A stretch of 64,000 nt of DNA from Planctomycetota bacterium (GCA_038060895.1 JBBTCT010000018.1:1-64000), one strand, 5' to 3'; positions 51,137 through 61,037 are shown, counted from the first letter of the stretch. Made by a program: numbers and translations. Notes: generated by a model from the letters alone, not told the origin.

Positions 51137-52561
51137 CTAGCATTTCTGCTGTTCGTGCTGCAACTTCTCGAATTTCTCATTCACCGGGACGCGGTAACTC
51201 CCGCTGTAGCAGGCGGTGCAGTAGTGATCCTTCGGGCTCGACACCGCGCCCAGAAGTCCCTCAAGCGAGAGGTATCCCAGCGAGTCGAGGTCGAGATGCC
51301 GCCGGATCTCCTCGACATTCATGCGCGCGGCGATCAGTTCCTCCGGATTTGGGAAGTCGATCCCATAGAAACACGGATGGGCGATCGGCGGGCAGGAGAT
51401 GCGCATGTGGACCTCCTTCGCTCCCGCCTGCCGCAGCATCTTGACGCGGCCGCGGCTGGTCGTGCCGCGGATGATCGAGTCATCGACGACCACAACGCGC
51501 TTCCCGCGCACGACCTCGGCGATCACGTTGAGCTTGAGCCCGACCCCCGAGATGCGCGCTCCCTGTGTCGGGGCGATGAAGGTGCGCCCGATGTAATGGT
51601 TGCGGACGAAGCCGTGGTCGAGCGGGATTCCCGACGCATGCGAGAAGCCGAGCGCCGCGTCGTTCCCGCTGTCGGGGATCGGCACCACGATGTCTCCCTG
51701 CGCGGGATGCTCCTTCGCCAGCGCCCGCCCGAGATTCATGCGCACCCCGTGCACGTTGTCGCCGAAAACACGCGAGTCCGGGCGCGCAAAGTAGACGTGC
51801 TCGAAGATGCAGTGCGCAGGCGTCTCGGGCTTTTCGTGGAAAAAGAACGAACGCTCGCCCTTCGAGGAAAACTCCACCACCTCTCCCGCCTTGACGTCCC
51901 GCACGTACTTCGCGCCCACGATGTCCAGCGCGCACGTTTCGCTCGCCACCACCGGCACGCCGTCCAGCTCCCCGATGCACAGCGGACGGAACGCGTGCCG
52001 GTCCCGGATCGCGTAGAGCCGGTCCTTCGAGAGGATGAGAAGCGAAAACGCGCCGCGAAGCTGCCGGAGCGCGCGGATCATCCTCTCGTCCTCCGATCCG
52101 TCCCAGGGCTGCGCCAGCAGGTGCATGATCGTCTCGCTGTCGGTCGAAGTCTGGAAAATCGACCCGCGCGACTCAAACTCACGGCGAAGCTGCCCGCTGT
52201 TCACGAGGTTCCCGTTGTGCGCGATCGCGAGCGGACCCGCGGCGTAGTTAAAGAGAAGCGGCTGCGCGTTCTGGATCGTGCTCGACCCCGTCGTGCTGTA
52301 GCGGACGTGCCCGATGGCGACCGGATTGCGCAGCGAAGCGAGGACTTCATCCGTAAAAATGTCGCCGACCTGTCCCATTTCCCGGTGCGCCAGGAGATTT
52401 CCGCCGCTCGTCGAGCAGATCCCCGCGCTTTCCTGTCCGCGATGCTGAAGCGAGTAAAGCCCGTAGTACGTCTTGTGCACCGCTTCCGGGTGCCCGTAGA
52501 TCCCGAAGAGCCCGCAGAATTCCCGCGGCCCTTCACCCGTCGCGTCGCGTTCGTCGCTCAT
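51137..52561 (-). CDS. purF: Amidophosphoribosyltransferase
   Basis: Propeptide then CGLFG, LQHRGQESAG, HVRYST, CIFEHVYFARPDS, VDDSIIRGTT, CTACY. Confidence 0.96.
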   Translation of the reverse strand: MSDERDATGEGPREFCGLFGIYGHPEAVHKTYYGLYSLQHRGQESAGICSTSGGNLLAHREMGQVGDIFTDEVLASLRNPVAIGHVRYSTTGSSTIQNAQPLLFNYAAGPLAIAHNGNLVNSGQLRREFESRGSIFQTSTDSETIMHLLAQPWDGSEDERMIRALRQLRGAFSLLILSKDRLYAIRDRHAFRPLCIGELDGVPVVASETCALDIVGAKYVRDVKAGEVVEFSSKGERSFFFHEKPETPAHCIFEHVYFARPDSRVFGDNVHGVRMNLGRALAKEHPAQGDIVVPIPDSGNDAALGFSHASGIPLDHGFVRNHYIGRTFIAPTQGARISGVGLKLNVIAEVVRGKRVVVVDDSIIRGTTSRGRVKMLRQAGAKEVHMRISCPPIAHPCFYGIDFPNPEELIAARMNVEEIRRHLDLDSLGYLSLEGLLGAVSSPKDHYCTACYSGSYRVPVNEKFEKLQHEQQKC

Positions 52562-52608
52562 GATCCCCCAGTAGATCGACTTTCCGACTTCGTTGCAAAT
52601 CTGCCGCT

Positions 52609-53136
52609 TCAGGCGTCTTTCAGTTCCCTGGCTACTTCGGCTTCCCATTTCCTCCACGGGTCGAGGACGAGCGACTTCCTGAAGTGTTTTCTTGCGAGCC
52701 GGGGCATTCCCTCGCGCTTATAGGTCATTCCGATGTGGAAATGGGCGTCGGGGTCGTCGCGGTCGAGTTTGAGGACGGAGCGCAGCTTGATGCGTGCGCG
52801 CGGGTATTCGCCGCGGAGGTAATAGCCGAACGCGCTGAGGAATCGTTCGCGTTTTCGCTCGTCGAGCGCCCTCCTGCGCCGCCAGACGAGGATGCGAAGG
52901 AGGTCGAGGGTGGCATAGAGCCAGATGACGCCGGCTGCGACAGCGCAGCCGCGGGCGTCGACCCGGGTTCCGAGGGCGCCCAGGACCGGCGAAACTGCCG
53001 TGGCGTTGGCGAAGAACGTGAACCACACGAAGAACCAGAGGCCGCGGCCGATCCGGCCCAGGACGACATGGCCGACACCGGGGAGAACGAATCCCAGGCA
53101 GGCGGCGAGCTTGGTGGTTCTGGAAAAATCAGGCAT
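52609..53136 (-). CDS. Membrane protein with C-terminal TPR
   Basis: LPGVGHVVLGR TM motif; DAHFHIG TPR. Confidence 0.7.
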   Translation of the reverse strand: MPDFSRTTKLAACLGFVLPGVGHVVLGRIGRGLWFFVWFTFFANATAVSPVLGALGTRVDARGCAVAAGVIWLYATLDLLRILVWRRRRALDERKRERFLSAFGYYLRGEYPRARIKLRSVLKLDRDDPDAHFHIGMTYKREGMPRLARKHFRKSLVLDPWRKWEAEVARELKDA

Positions 53137-53161
53137 GACCGCCGCGATCCTCGCCCACGTG

Positions 53162-53920
53162 TTACTTCGACATGCGCATGGCGGGGATCGGGTCCGAGCC
53201 CGTGTACTGGCGCTCCCAGGACCGGATGTGGTCGATGCGAAGGGCTCGCTCCGCGACCTGGTAGTCCTCGCCCGTGATCGGAACGGCCTTCATCGGGGGG
53301 GTCACTCCCTGGCCGTTTTTCTTCGAAGGCGCCCAATCCTCCGTAAACAGCAGCGAGATGCGGTCGGTCGGCGCAAGCGCCGCGGTTCTCCCGGGAGGCG
53401 CCGTGTAGCGCTTTGTGTTGCCCGTGCTTCGGACCAGTTCCGGCGGCGCGTCGCCGACGGGAGCGGCCACTTCAACTCCCGCGCCGGTGGAAAGCCCGTA
53501 GTACTTCTTGAGCGCGTCCTGGACTTCCGCCTCAGGCGCGACCACGACCTTGACCTTCAGCCCGGTCGATTTCCTCACGTCCACCACGGCCGCGCGATTG
53601 AAGAAATTCGCCTTGGCAATGAACACGATCCCCGCGGCTTTCTCGACCGGTACGATTTCGTGCTTTTCCGCCAGTTCCTTCGAGACGCAGGCGATCACGT
53701 CCGCCGCGATGTTCAGCGAAGCGATCGATACGTGGGGAATCTGGTATGTGGCTGCCAGAAACCGGGCCAGCTCGCCCCGTGCGGGAGCGCCGGCGCCAAC
53801 CAGCGCGGCCAGGATGGGGGAGCCTTTACGCTCTTCCCCTGCGCGCGCAATGTCTTCAGCAAGAACGGCGCCTTCCTCGATCAGGATCTCGCCGACACGC
53901 TGAAGGTCTTCACCGGCCAT
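53162..53920 (-). CDS. Stand-alone GspE/PilB N-terminal (MshEN/T2SSE_N-like) protein lacking an ATPase domain
   Basis: RVGEILIEEGAV; LARFLA..YQIPHV, LAEKHEIVPV; no Walker A. Confidence 0.7.
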   Translation of the reverse strand: MAGEDLQRVGEILIEEGAVLAEDIARAGEERKGSPILAALVGAGAPARGELARFLAATYQIPHVSIASLNIAADVIACVSKELAEKHEIVPVEKAAGIVFIAKANFFNRAAVVDVRKSTGLKVKVVVAPEAEVQDALKKYYGLSTGAGVEVAAPVGDAPPELVRSTGNTKRYTAPPGRTAALAPTDRISLLFTEDWAPSKKNGQGVTPPMKAVPITGEDYQVAERALRIDHIRSWERQYTGSDPIPAMRMSK

Positions 53921-54063
53921 GTGCTTCTCCGGGAGTGGGTTCGTGGAGAGCCTGATTATAAGGGGAAGCGAGCGGACCTTCCAATTCAAATCGAAGTTCA
54001 ACCCGCCAGCAGGGCCCCGCCAGGCCCTGAATCTCTCTCGCCTCGGAAGTCATTGTCCTTCTG

Positions 54064-54180
54064 AAGTTTGCGAGTACGCGGGGTGTGGATCGCGGGGGCG
54101 CAGGGGAGCCGGGCCGGAGCCGTTCCCGGCCCGTGCGACCCGGAGCCCCCGCGATCCACACCCCGCGTACTCGCAAACTT
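54064..54180. repeat. 117-bp hairpin with 36-bp perfect inverted arms
   Basis: AAGTTTGCGAGTACGCGGGGTGTGGATCGCGGGGGC perfectly inverted at 54145-54180. Confidence 0.9.
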
Positions 54181-54330
54181 GACCGGCCCCTCCCGCCGCT
54201 GCTAGCATTTCCCGAGCGTCGTGCCGAGCCGCGCCCGGGGCGGAGGTGAACGGCAGACGCAGACCGGGCGGGGCGCGCCCCCTTCCCGGCCGACAGGCCT
54301 GCTCCCTGGCGTCCGACAACTGGAGGATGC

Positions 54331-55353
54331 ATGCCGGATCTCACCTGGGACGTTCAGAAAGTCAATCAGCAGGCCGCCGTCATCATTCTGTCCGGCTCCA
54401 TCGATGCCAAGACGGTCCCGTCCTTCCAGGAACAGATGAACAAGGTCAAGGATGACGGGGTCATCAAGTTCGTCCTCGACATGGAAGCCATCAAGTACGT
54501 GAACTCGACGGGCCTCGGGTTCCTCGTCAACCTCGCCGATTCGCTCGACCCGCGCGGCGGCGGCATCGCCCTCGTCAAGCTCCACCCGAAGGTCAAAGTC
54601 GTTTTCGACATGCTCGGGCTCAATGCGTTCTTCAAGATCTTCGGCAGCCGCAACGACGCCGTCGCTTCCATGACGGGCGCGGGCAAGAAAGAAACCGTGG
54701 AGTCCGCCCCTGCCCCCGTCGCCACTGCAACCGCGCCGCTGCCCCCGTCACAGCCGCAACCCGCCACGCTGGCGCGCGGAACAACGCAGTCCTTCGCCCC
54801 CGTCCCCCAGGGCGAGGAAGTCGCCGTCTCCGGGCAGCAGCTCGAGTGCGCTTCCTGCAAGGCCACCCTCCTCGTTCCCGAGCCCGGCAACTACAAGTGC
54901 CCCCGCTGCAGCGCGATCTTCACCTATACGCGCGACGGCAAGGCCAACTTCCTCCCGCGCCGCCGCCTCACCCCGATCCAGATGACCCTGACCTGCTCGC
55001 CCGAGTGCACCGAGGGACTCGTGACAATGGCGGGGCTGCTCGCAAAGCGCGCCGGGTTCAACGACGGCCTGGCGAAATCCATGGAAGCGAGCGTCCGGGA
55101 ATCCGCTTCCACGATCTGCGACAAGGCGTACGGTTCGAACGAGCAGGCGACGTACCAGGTGCTGATGGTTGCGAGCGACAACGAGGTGTCGATCAAGTTC
55201 AGCGACTACGGCAAGAAGATCGAAGCGGACATGCGCGACGCGAGCGGGAAGTCGGTGTTCACCGTGACGCGGCAGTCGATGGACGTGTTCGACCTGAAGG
55301 CGCATCCGAAGGGCGGGAACATCCTGACCTTGAGCAAGAGAGCGAGCGCTTAA
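54331..55353 (+). CDS. STAS domain, Zn ribbon and degenerate RsbW-like (HATPase) fusion
   Basis: SGSIDA..YVNSTGLG..VFDMLGL; CASC/CPRC; ESASTICDKAY, SDYGK, RQSMD..GGNILTLSK; GGAGG RBS. Confidence 0.78.
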   Translation: MPDLTWDVQKVNQQAAVIILSGSIDAKTVPSFQEQMNKVKDDGVIKFVLDMEAIKYVNSTGLGFLVNLADSLDPRGGGIALVKLHPKVKVVFDMLGLNAFFKIFGSRNDAVASMTGAGKKETVESAPAPVATATAPLPPSQPQPATLARGTTQSFAPVPQGEEVAVSGQQLECASCKATLLVPEPGNYKCPRCSAIFTYTRDGKANFLPRRRLTPIQMTLTCSPECTEGLVTMAGLLAKRAGFNDGLAKSMEASVRESASTICDKAYGSNEQATYQVLMVASDNEVSIKFSDYGKKIEADMRDASGKSVFTVTRQSMDVFDLKAHPKGGNILTLSKRASA

Positions 55354-55380
55354 GGCGGGACGGGAGTCGGGAGAAACGAC

Positions 55381-55411
55381 AAGGACCTGCGGAAACGCGG
55401 GTCCTTTTTTT
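55381..55411 (+). terminator. Rho-independent terminator
   Basis: AAGGACCTGCG-GAAA-CGCGGGTCCTT followed by T run. Confidence 0.85.
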
Positions 55412-55418
55412 CGGCGCG

Positions 55419-57125
55419 CTACGCCCGAAGGTCGCGAATCGCCTGGAGCGTGAGCAGGACGCCGATCAGGACGATGAGTGCGCTTGACGCGACGGCGAGG
55501 CGTCGCAGCCACGGCCCGCTGGCCTCCATCCGGGCGGCCATGTACTTCTTGGCGGAAATCAACAGGACGCCGATCACGGTGAGGACGCCGCCCAGGCCGA
55601 GTGAGAACGCAGTGAGGAGGATCAATCCCCACCCGACGCGCTGCACGGACAGGGAGAGGACGAGGATGAGGATGCCGGCGGGGCAGGGGACCATGCCGCC
55701 CAGGATGCCGGTGGTGATGAGGTCCCACGCGGTGATTCCCGGGGCATCGAGGGGCTGAAGGGTCTCGATGGCGTCCGCATTGCCGGCTTCGGTTTCGCGA
55801 GTTTCCGTGGCCACCGCGTGGCCGGAATGATCGTGAGTGTGGCCGTGTCCGTGGTCATGATCGTGTGAATGAGCGTGATCGTGTCCGTGGTCGTGCGCGT
55901 GGACCAGCCCGTGCAGGTGGTCGTCCCCGTGCGAGTGACCGTGCCCGGGGAGATGCGTATGCCCGCCCGGACCGTGTGCGTGACCGAGGCCGAAGCGCCA
56001 GCGGGAGTAGAAGAGCCACGATCCCATGCCGATGATCGTGATGCCGCTGAAGAGCGAGATCCACCTGGCGACTCCTTCGTCGCTGACTTTCCAGAACAGG
56101 AGGGCGAGCCCGACGGCGAGCACAACGCCGACGTGCGCCAGCGTGACCGTCAAGCCGAGCAGGAGCGCGTGACTGAGCCGGCCGTGTGAACCGACGAGGT
56201 ACGCCGCGACGAGGGTTTTCCCGTGCCCGGGGCCGATCGCGTGCGCGGCGCCATAGCCGAACGCGATCAGGATCATGATGAGTGCAAGCCCGATCGGCGG
56301 CGACGCGTCTCCTTTGATGAACGCACGGATCCGGTCGTCCCAGGCGCGATTCAGTTTTTCGAACCATCCACGCGGCGGTGGCCGGTCTGACAGCTGTCCG
56401 GTCGTCATGTCCACCCACTTGCCGTCGGTCGTGAAGAAGTCCCCCGGCCGATCCAGCGTCCCGGGAACCTCAAACCAGAGCGGGAAAATGAACCCCCGGG
56501 CCATCGGCGCATTCCGGCCCGTCCCCACCGTCGCGAACGATTCCGTCGAGCCCGGCGGCTGGCCGATCGCGATGTTGCCTTCGCGGATCACCCGGCCGAC
56601 AAGCAGCGTGGCGTAGCGAAGCGGGTTGCTGTACGTCAGGATCGCGACGTACTTCTTCCCCGGGACGGGAGTGAAGTCCTTGACCGTCCATTGGAAATTC
56701 ATTTTCACGCGGCCATCCGTGGTGGTGCGGTCCCCCCCGATGTCCGCGGCCTCCTTCTCGAGCTTCATGGAGCACACCGCAGCCTTGCCGTCGTCCCCTT
56801 CGATTTCGAGCAACAGGCCGTACTCGTTGACCAGTGCTCGGGTTCCAGCGAGGACCAGCGCCAGTTCTTCATCCGAAATCGACTTGTCCTGCGACTCGTC
56901 CGCCACCTGGCGCCATTCGAGCGCCGAGAGATCCGTGAACTGCATCCAGAGGTCCACCAGCAGCTTGTCGTGGTGGATCTGCAATTCCACCGACGTCGAG
57001 AACCCCTTCACCCGCGGGTCCGTCAGGTCGTGCGCCCACATTTCTTCCGTGCGGACATCCGCGGGATCCGACTCGGCCGAGACCGGGCCGGCGAGGGCGC
57101 ACAACAACAGGAGAAGGCGCTTCAC
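55419..57125 (-). CDS. Ni/Co transporter (RcnA/NicO family) with exported N-terminal domain and His-rich loop
   Basis: GAAHAIGPGHGKT, AHVG, poly-His loop, GMVPCPAG, FSLGL; N-terminal signal peptide. Confidence 0.85.
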   Translation of the reverse strand: MKRLLLLLCALAGPVSAESDPADVRTEEMWAHDLTDPRVKGFSTSVELQIHHDKLLVDLWMQFTDLSALEWRQVADESQDKSISDEELALVLAGTRALVNEYGLLLEIEGDDGKAAVCSMKLEKEAADIGGDRTTTDGRVKMNFQWTVKDFTPVPGKKYVAILTYSNPLRYATLLVGRVIREGNIAIGQPPGSTESFATVGTGRNAPMARGFIFPLWFEVPGTLDRPGDFFTTDGKWVDMTTGQLSDRPPPRGWFEKLNRAWDDRIRAFIKGDASPPIGLALIMILIAFGYGAAHAIGPGHGKTLVAAYLVGSHGRLSHALLLGLTVTLAHVGVVLAVGLALLFWKVSDEGVARWISLFSGITIIGMGSWLFYSRWRFGLGHAHGPGGHTHLPGHGHSHGDDHLHGLVHAHDHGHDHAHSHDHDHGHGHTHDHSGHAVATETRETEAGNADAIETLQPLDAPGITAWDLITTGILGGMVPCPAGILILVLSLSVQRVGWGLILLTAFSLGLGGVLTVIGVLLISAKKYMAARMEASGPWLRRLAVASSALIVLIGVLLTLQAIRDLRA

Positions 57126-57214
57126 AATCGCGAGTATCGTCCGAACCCTGCCACCGGGCAAGCGCAGCCCGGATTCCTCTCGACTTGCCCCGGACGCTCG
57201 GGTAAATTCCCTGC

Positions 57215-57451
57215 ATGATCACGCTCGTCGGGATTTTCGGACTGGGCGGCACCGAAATGGTCGTCATCTTCGGGCTCGCCGTCCTGCTTTTCGGCGCCGC
57301 CAAGCTCCCTCAGCTTGCCCGAAGCATGGGCAAGAGCATCAACGAGTTCAAGAAGGGGATGTCCGAGGGAGGTAAGGAAGAAGAGGGCGAAAAGAAGGAC
57401 GAGGACGCGCCCCGGAAGAGCGAAGAAGCCCCCTCGGGGAAGAAGGAATAG
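57215..57451 (+). CDS. tatA: Twin-arginine translocase TatA/E
   Basis: GLGGTE...LLFGAAKLPQLARSMGKSINEFKKG. Confidence 0.92.
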   Translation: MITLVGIFGLGGTEMVVIFGLAVLLFGAAKLPQLARSMGKSINEFKKGMSEGGKEEEGEKKDEDAPRKSEEAPSGKKE

Positions 57452-57578
57452 GACCGATTCGCGGCTGGCATTCGCCGCCGCGCGGACCTTGGATGCAGTC
57501 ACGCCATTCAGCGGCTTGTGCGCTTCCGCCACCACGGCGGATCAGAGGTTCGCGTTGCCCTGATGGGGGCTCGGCCTG

Positions 57579-58649
57579 ATGGAAATCGCGCTTCTCACCC
57601 GCAAGCTGGACGTGCGCGGCTCGACGATCTACACGCTGAATCTCGCGACGCAGCTCGTGGCGCGCGGCCACGGCGTCCGGCTGATCTGCGGGGGCGGGAG
57701 GCTGCTGCCAGATTTCGAGCGGGGGGGCGTGCCGGTCGTGTTGTTCCCCGGGCTGGGGGACTCAACGGACCTGTTTCTCACGCGGAAAATCGCGCGCAAG
57801 ATCCGCGAAAAGCCGCCGGCCCTCCTCCACGTCATGAGCCCCGCCGCCGCGTCTACAGGCGCTTCTGTCGCAAAGGCCGTTGGCATCCCGTATTTCATCA
57901 GCGTGCACTCGCCGCTCGAGCAGGTGCGGATGGCGACGAGTTCGAAGTACCTGCGCGGCGTCCTGGTGGCGAGCGAGTCGGTGCGCGAAAGCCTGGTCAA
58001 CGAGACGCGGGTAAGGAAGGACCTGATCCGCGTGGTGCTGCCGGGGGTGGACGTGAAGCGTCTGAAAGAGACGCCGCCGTTCTCTTCGGAGGGCGCGCCG
58101 GTGGTCGGGATTCTAGGGCCGCTGGAGACCGTGCGAGGGCACGACACGTTTCTGGAAGCGGCGAAGGTGATCCTCGTGTCGCATCCCGAGGTGCAATTCC
58201 TCGTGATCGGCGAAGGGCCGGAGGAGGAACGGCTGCGCAAGAAAACGGAGGAGCTCGGGATCCGCAAGAACGTCACGTTTCACGCCGACCCGGACAATTA
58301 CTTTACCGTGCTCTCGGGAGTGGACATCTTCCTGATGCCGTTCCTTCAGATCGGGCTCGGCAACACCGTGCTCGAGGCGATGGCGTGTGGCAAGCCGGTG
58401 GTCGCCAGCAGCGTCGGGGGCGTGTTCTACGTCATCAAGGAGAACGAGACCGGCCTCCTTCGCCCCAAGAACGACCCGCCTGCGTTCGCGGAGGCCGTGT
58501 GCGCCCTTCTCAGGGACCGCGACAAGGCGCGCCGCATCGGCCACGCCGCTCGCCTCCACGTCGAACAGAATTTCACCGCCGAGCGCATGGCCGCCGAGAC
58601 GCTCGAGGCCTACCAGCGCGCGCTGGAGTCCGCCGCCCCGAATGGATAG
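57579..58649 (+). CDS. Glycosyltransferase family 4
   Basis: PGVD, IGEGPE, LEAMACGKPVVASSVGG, ETGLL. Confidence 0.9.
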   Translation: MEIALLTRKLDVRGSTIYTLNLATQLVARGHGVRLICGGGRLLPDFERGGVPVVLFPGLGDSTDLFLTRKIARKIREKPPALLHVMSPAAASTGASVAKAVGIPYFISVHSPLEQVRMATSSKYLRGVLVASESVRESLVNETRVRKDLIRVVLPGVDVKRLKETPPFSSEGAPVVGILGPLETVRGHDTFLEAAKVILVSHPEVQFLVIGEGPEEERLRKKTEELGIRKNVTFHADPDNYFTVLSGVDIFLMPFLQIGLGNTVLEAMACGKPVVASSVGGVFYVIKENETGLLRPKNDPPAFAEAVCALLRDRDKARRIGHAARLHVEQNFTAERMAAETLEAYQRALESAAPNG

Positions 58650-59607
58650 CCGGGACTGCTCCGTGATCGTCGTCTCGTGGAACACGCGCGAGCTTCTGGA
58701 AGCGTGCCTGGCGAGCGTGCGGTCAAAGGCGGCGGGGGCGGAGATCGTCGTGGTAGACAATGCCAGCGAAGACAAGTCCGCCGAAATGGTGCGCGACCGG
58801 TTTCCGGAAGCGGCGCTCGTCGCCAACCCTTCGAATCGCGGATTCGCGCGGGCCGTAAATCAGGGGATTGCGCTGTCGAAACGGCCCGTAGTCCTGCTGC
58901 TGAATCCCGACGCGACGCTCACCGAAGGAGCGGTTGACGAACTGCTCCGCGCGATGGACGCGGACCCGAAAATAGGAATCGCCGGCGCGCAGCTCCTCGA
59001 CGAGGACGGCGAACGCCAGCACTCGTTCGACGGCTTCCCCTCGCTGGCGACCGAGTGCCTCAACAAGTGGCTCCTCCGCACCCTCTTCCCGGGCCGCTTC
59101 CCCGGCAAGCGCCTCGCGTTCGACGCCGTCACCGACGTCGACAGCGTCATCGGCGCCTGCCTCGCCGTTCGCCGCTCCACCATCGATCGCGTCGGCGCGC
59201 TCGACGAGCGCTTCTTCGTTTTCCTCGAGGAGACCGACTGGTGCCTGCGCATGAAGCGCGCGGGGCTCCGGGTGGTCCACGTCCCGGCGTCGCGCGTCGT
59301 GCACCTCCAGGGGAAATCGAAAGCCCGGCGCCCTGTTCTCGCGCGCATCGAGTACCTCCGCTCCCTCTTCATCTATTTCCGCAAGAACTCCGGCGCCGTG
59401 GCCTGGCTCGTTCTCCACGCCGCGCGTTTCTTGAAATCCGCCGTCAACGCCCTATTCTGCGGAATAGCCATGCTCCTCACCCTCGGCCTCGTCCCGTCGC
59501 TTCGCCGCCGCTGCGCGATCCACGCCGGCCTTTTCGGCTGGCAGATCCTCGGCTGCCCGCGCTTCATCGGCCTTCAGCCCCCCGACCTGCCCGAGGCCGT
59601 CCGATGA
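58642..59607 (+). CDS. Glycosyltransferase family 2
   Basis: SVIVVSWN, VVDNASED, NRGFARAVNQG, LLNPD, EETDWC. Confidence 0.92.
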   Translation: MDSRDCSVIVVSWNTRELLEACLASVRSKAAGAEIVVVDNASEDKSAEMVRDRFPEAALVANPSNRGFARAVNQGIALSKRPVVLLLNPDATLTEGAVDELLRAMDADPKIGIAGAQLLDEDGERQHSFDGFPSLATECLNKWLLRTLFPGRFPGKRLAFDAVTDVDSVIGACLAVRRSTIDRVGALDERFFVFLEETDWCLRMKRAGLRVVHVPASRVVHLQGKSKARRPVLARIEYLRSLFIYFRKNSGAVAWLVLHAARFLKSAVNALFCGIAMLLTLGLVPSLRRRCAIHAGLFGWQILGCPRFIGLQPPDLPEAVR

Positions 59608-61037
59608 GCGGCAGCATCGACCTGGATGTCGCCGGCGCCCGGTGGACGGTGGATCCGTCCGACCCGGAGGCGGCGCAGCCGGCCTTCCTCCAGAAAGTCG
59701 CGGACGGCACCGGCGACCTGCTGAAGGAAGTTCGGATCAAGCGCCTCCTTCGAATCCGCTCGGCGAGCGGGCGTCCCTACCTCGTGAAACACTACCGCGG
59801 ACGCTCCTTCGTAGATTCCCTCAAGAACTTCTGGCGCGGCTCCGCGGCGTTCGAGGAATACGAACTGGTGCTGGAGGCGCTGAAGCGCGGGATCCCGACG
59901 ATCGCGCCGGCGTTCTTCGGCGAACGCGGGCACGACTCCTGGATCGGATTCCCCGAATTGCTCGAACTCATCCCCGCCGACAAGTACCTCCGCGGGCAGC
60001 GCAACGATATCCCTTCGGCAGGGGAACCGCGCAAACGCCTCGTCCGCGCGTACGGGCGATTCGCCCGCCGCGTGCACGACCTCGGGCTGGACCAGGACGA
60101 CTTTGACCCCAACAACGTGATGTTCCGCGTCACACCCGACGGGGCGCCGCACTTCGTCATCGTGGACTTCGAACGCGCGTCGTTCGCGGCCCCGGACCTG
60201 GCGCGCCGCGTGTGGCTCCTCGCGAAGATGAACCGCTTCGACGGCGCTTCCATGACTGACCGGCTTCGCTTCCTCGCCGGTTATTGCGAGGGCGCCCCGC
60301 GGATGCACCTGAAGGGGACCGCCTCGTCGATTCTGTCCGAGCATCGCAAGGTGCTGCTGCGCGATCTGTCGCGCGGCTCACGCAACGCTACCGAGGAATC
60401 ACGCAACATCGGCCGCATCGAGACCGGCTATTTCCGGAAGAAGATCGGCCGCGAGTCCGGCGACGGGCTGAACGAAGAAACGGCACGCGGTCTCGCGCAG
60501 GTCGCCCCGGGACTGTTCGGGGAGCCGTTCGCCATCGCTCCGACGGGCGCCCGCATCGTCCGCGTCGAGGCAGGCAAGGAAGGCGAACTCTGGCGTGCCG
60601 CCAACGCCTGCCTTCGCGCCGGGTTGCCCGTGCTCCCGCCCCTCGCTCACGGCGCCGGCTGGATCGCCTTCGCCGGGCTGGGGCGCGACCTTCCGGATTT
60701 CCTTGGCGGCCATCGCGGCCGTCCTGAATTCGGTCAAGCCCTCGAACAGCTGGGCCGCTCCTTCGGCCGCTTCGAAACCCTGGGACTCGACGTCCCGGGC
60801 CCATTCCCCCCGGACCCGCTCACCATCTTCGTTCACGACGGCCGGGTGCTCTTTACCTGCCTCGGCCCCCTGGGAGAACCCGCAGGCAGCACGAGGACTG
60901 GCGTGGAAGAGCGGCTCGCGGCCGTCACCGCCCCCCTGCGAAAGCGGTTCGACCTGACGCGCGCCGACGAAGAGCGCTTCGTGGAGGGCCTGCGCCGCGC
61001 AGGCGGACACACCGGTGTTTCCCGGAAGCCTCACTGA
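59604..61037 (+). CDS. Lipopolysaccharide kinase (InaA/Kdo/WaaP-like)
   Basis: YLVKHY, GIPT, HDLG..QDDFDPNNV, IVDFE, TDRLRFL; ATGA overlap with GT2. Confidence 0.75.
   Translation: MSGSIDLDVAGARWTVDPSDPEAAQPAFLQKVADGTGDLLKEVRIKRLLRIRSASGRPYLVKHYRGRSFVDSLKNFWRGSAAFEEYELVLEALKRGIPTIAPAFFGERGHDSWIGFPELLELIPADKYLRGQRNDIPSAGEPRKRLVRAYGRFARRVHDLGLDQDDFDPNNVMFRVTPDGAPHFVIVDFERASFAAPDLARRVWLLAKMNRFDGASMTDRLRFLAGYCEGAPRMHLKGTASSILSEHRKVLLRDLSRGSRNATEESRNIGRIETGYFRKKIGRESGDGLNEETARGLAQVAPGLFGEPFAIAPTGARIVRVEAGKEGELWRAANACLRAGLPVLPPLAHGAGWIAFAGLGRDLPDFLGGHRGRPEFGQALEQLGRSFGRFETLGLDVPGPFPPDPLTIFVHDGRVLFTCLGPLGEPAGSTRTGVEERLAAVTAPLRKRFDLTRADEERFVEGLRRAGGHTGVSRKPH

Noticed and set aside
55820-55985. Repetitive tract inside the Ni/Co transporter
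   Set aside because: Explained by the His-rich loop codons.
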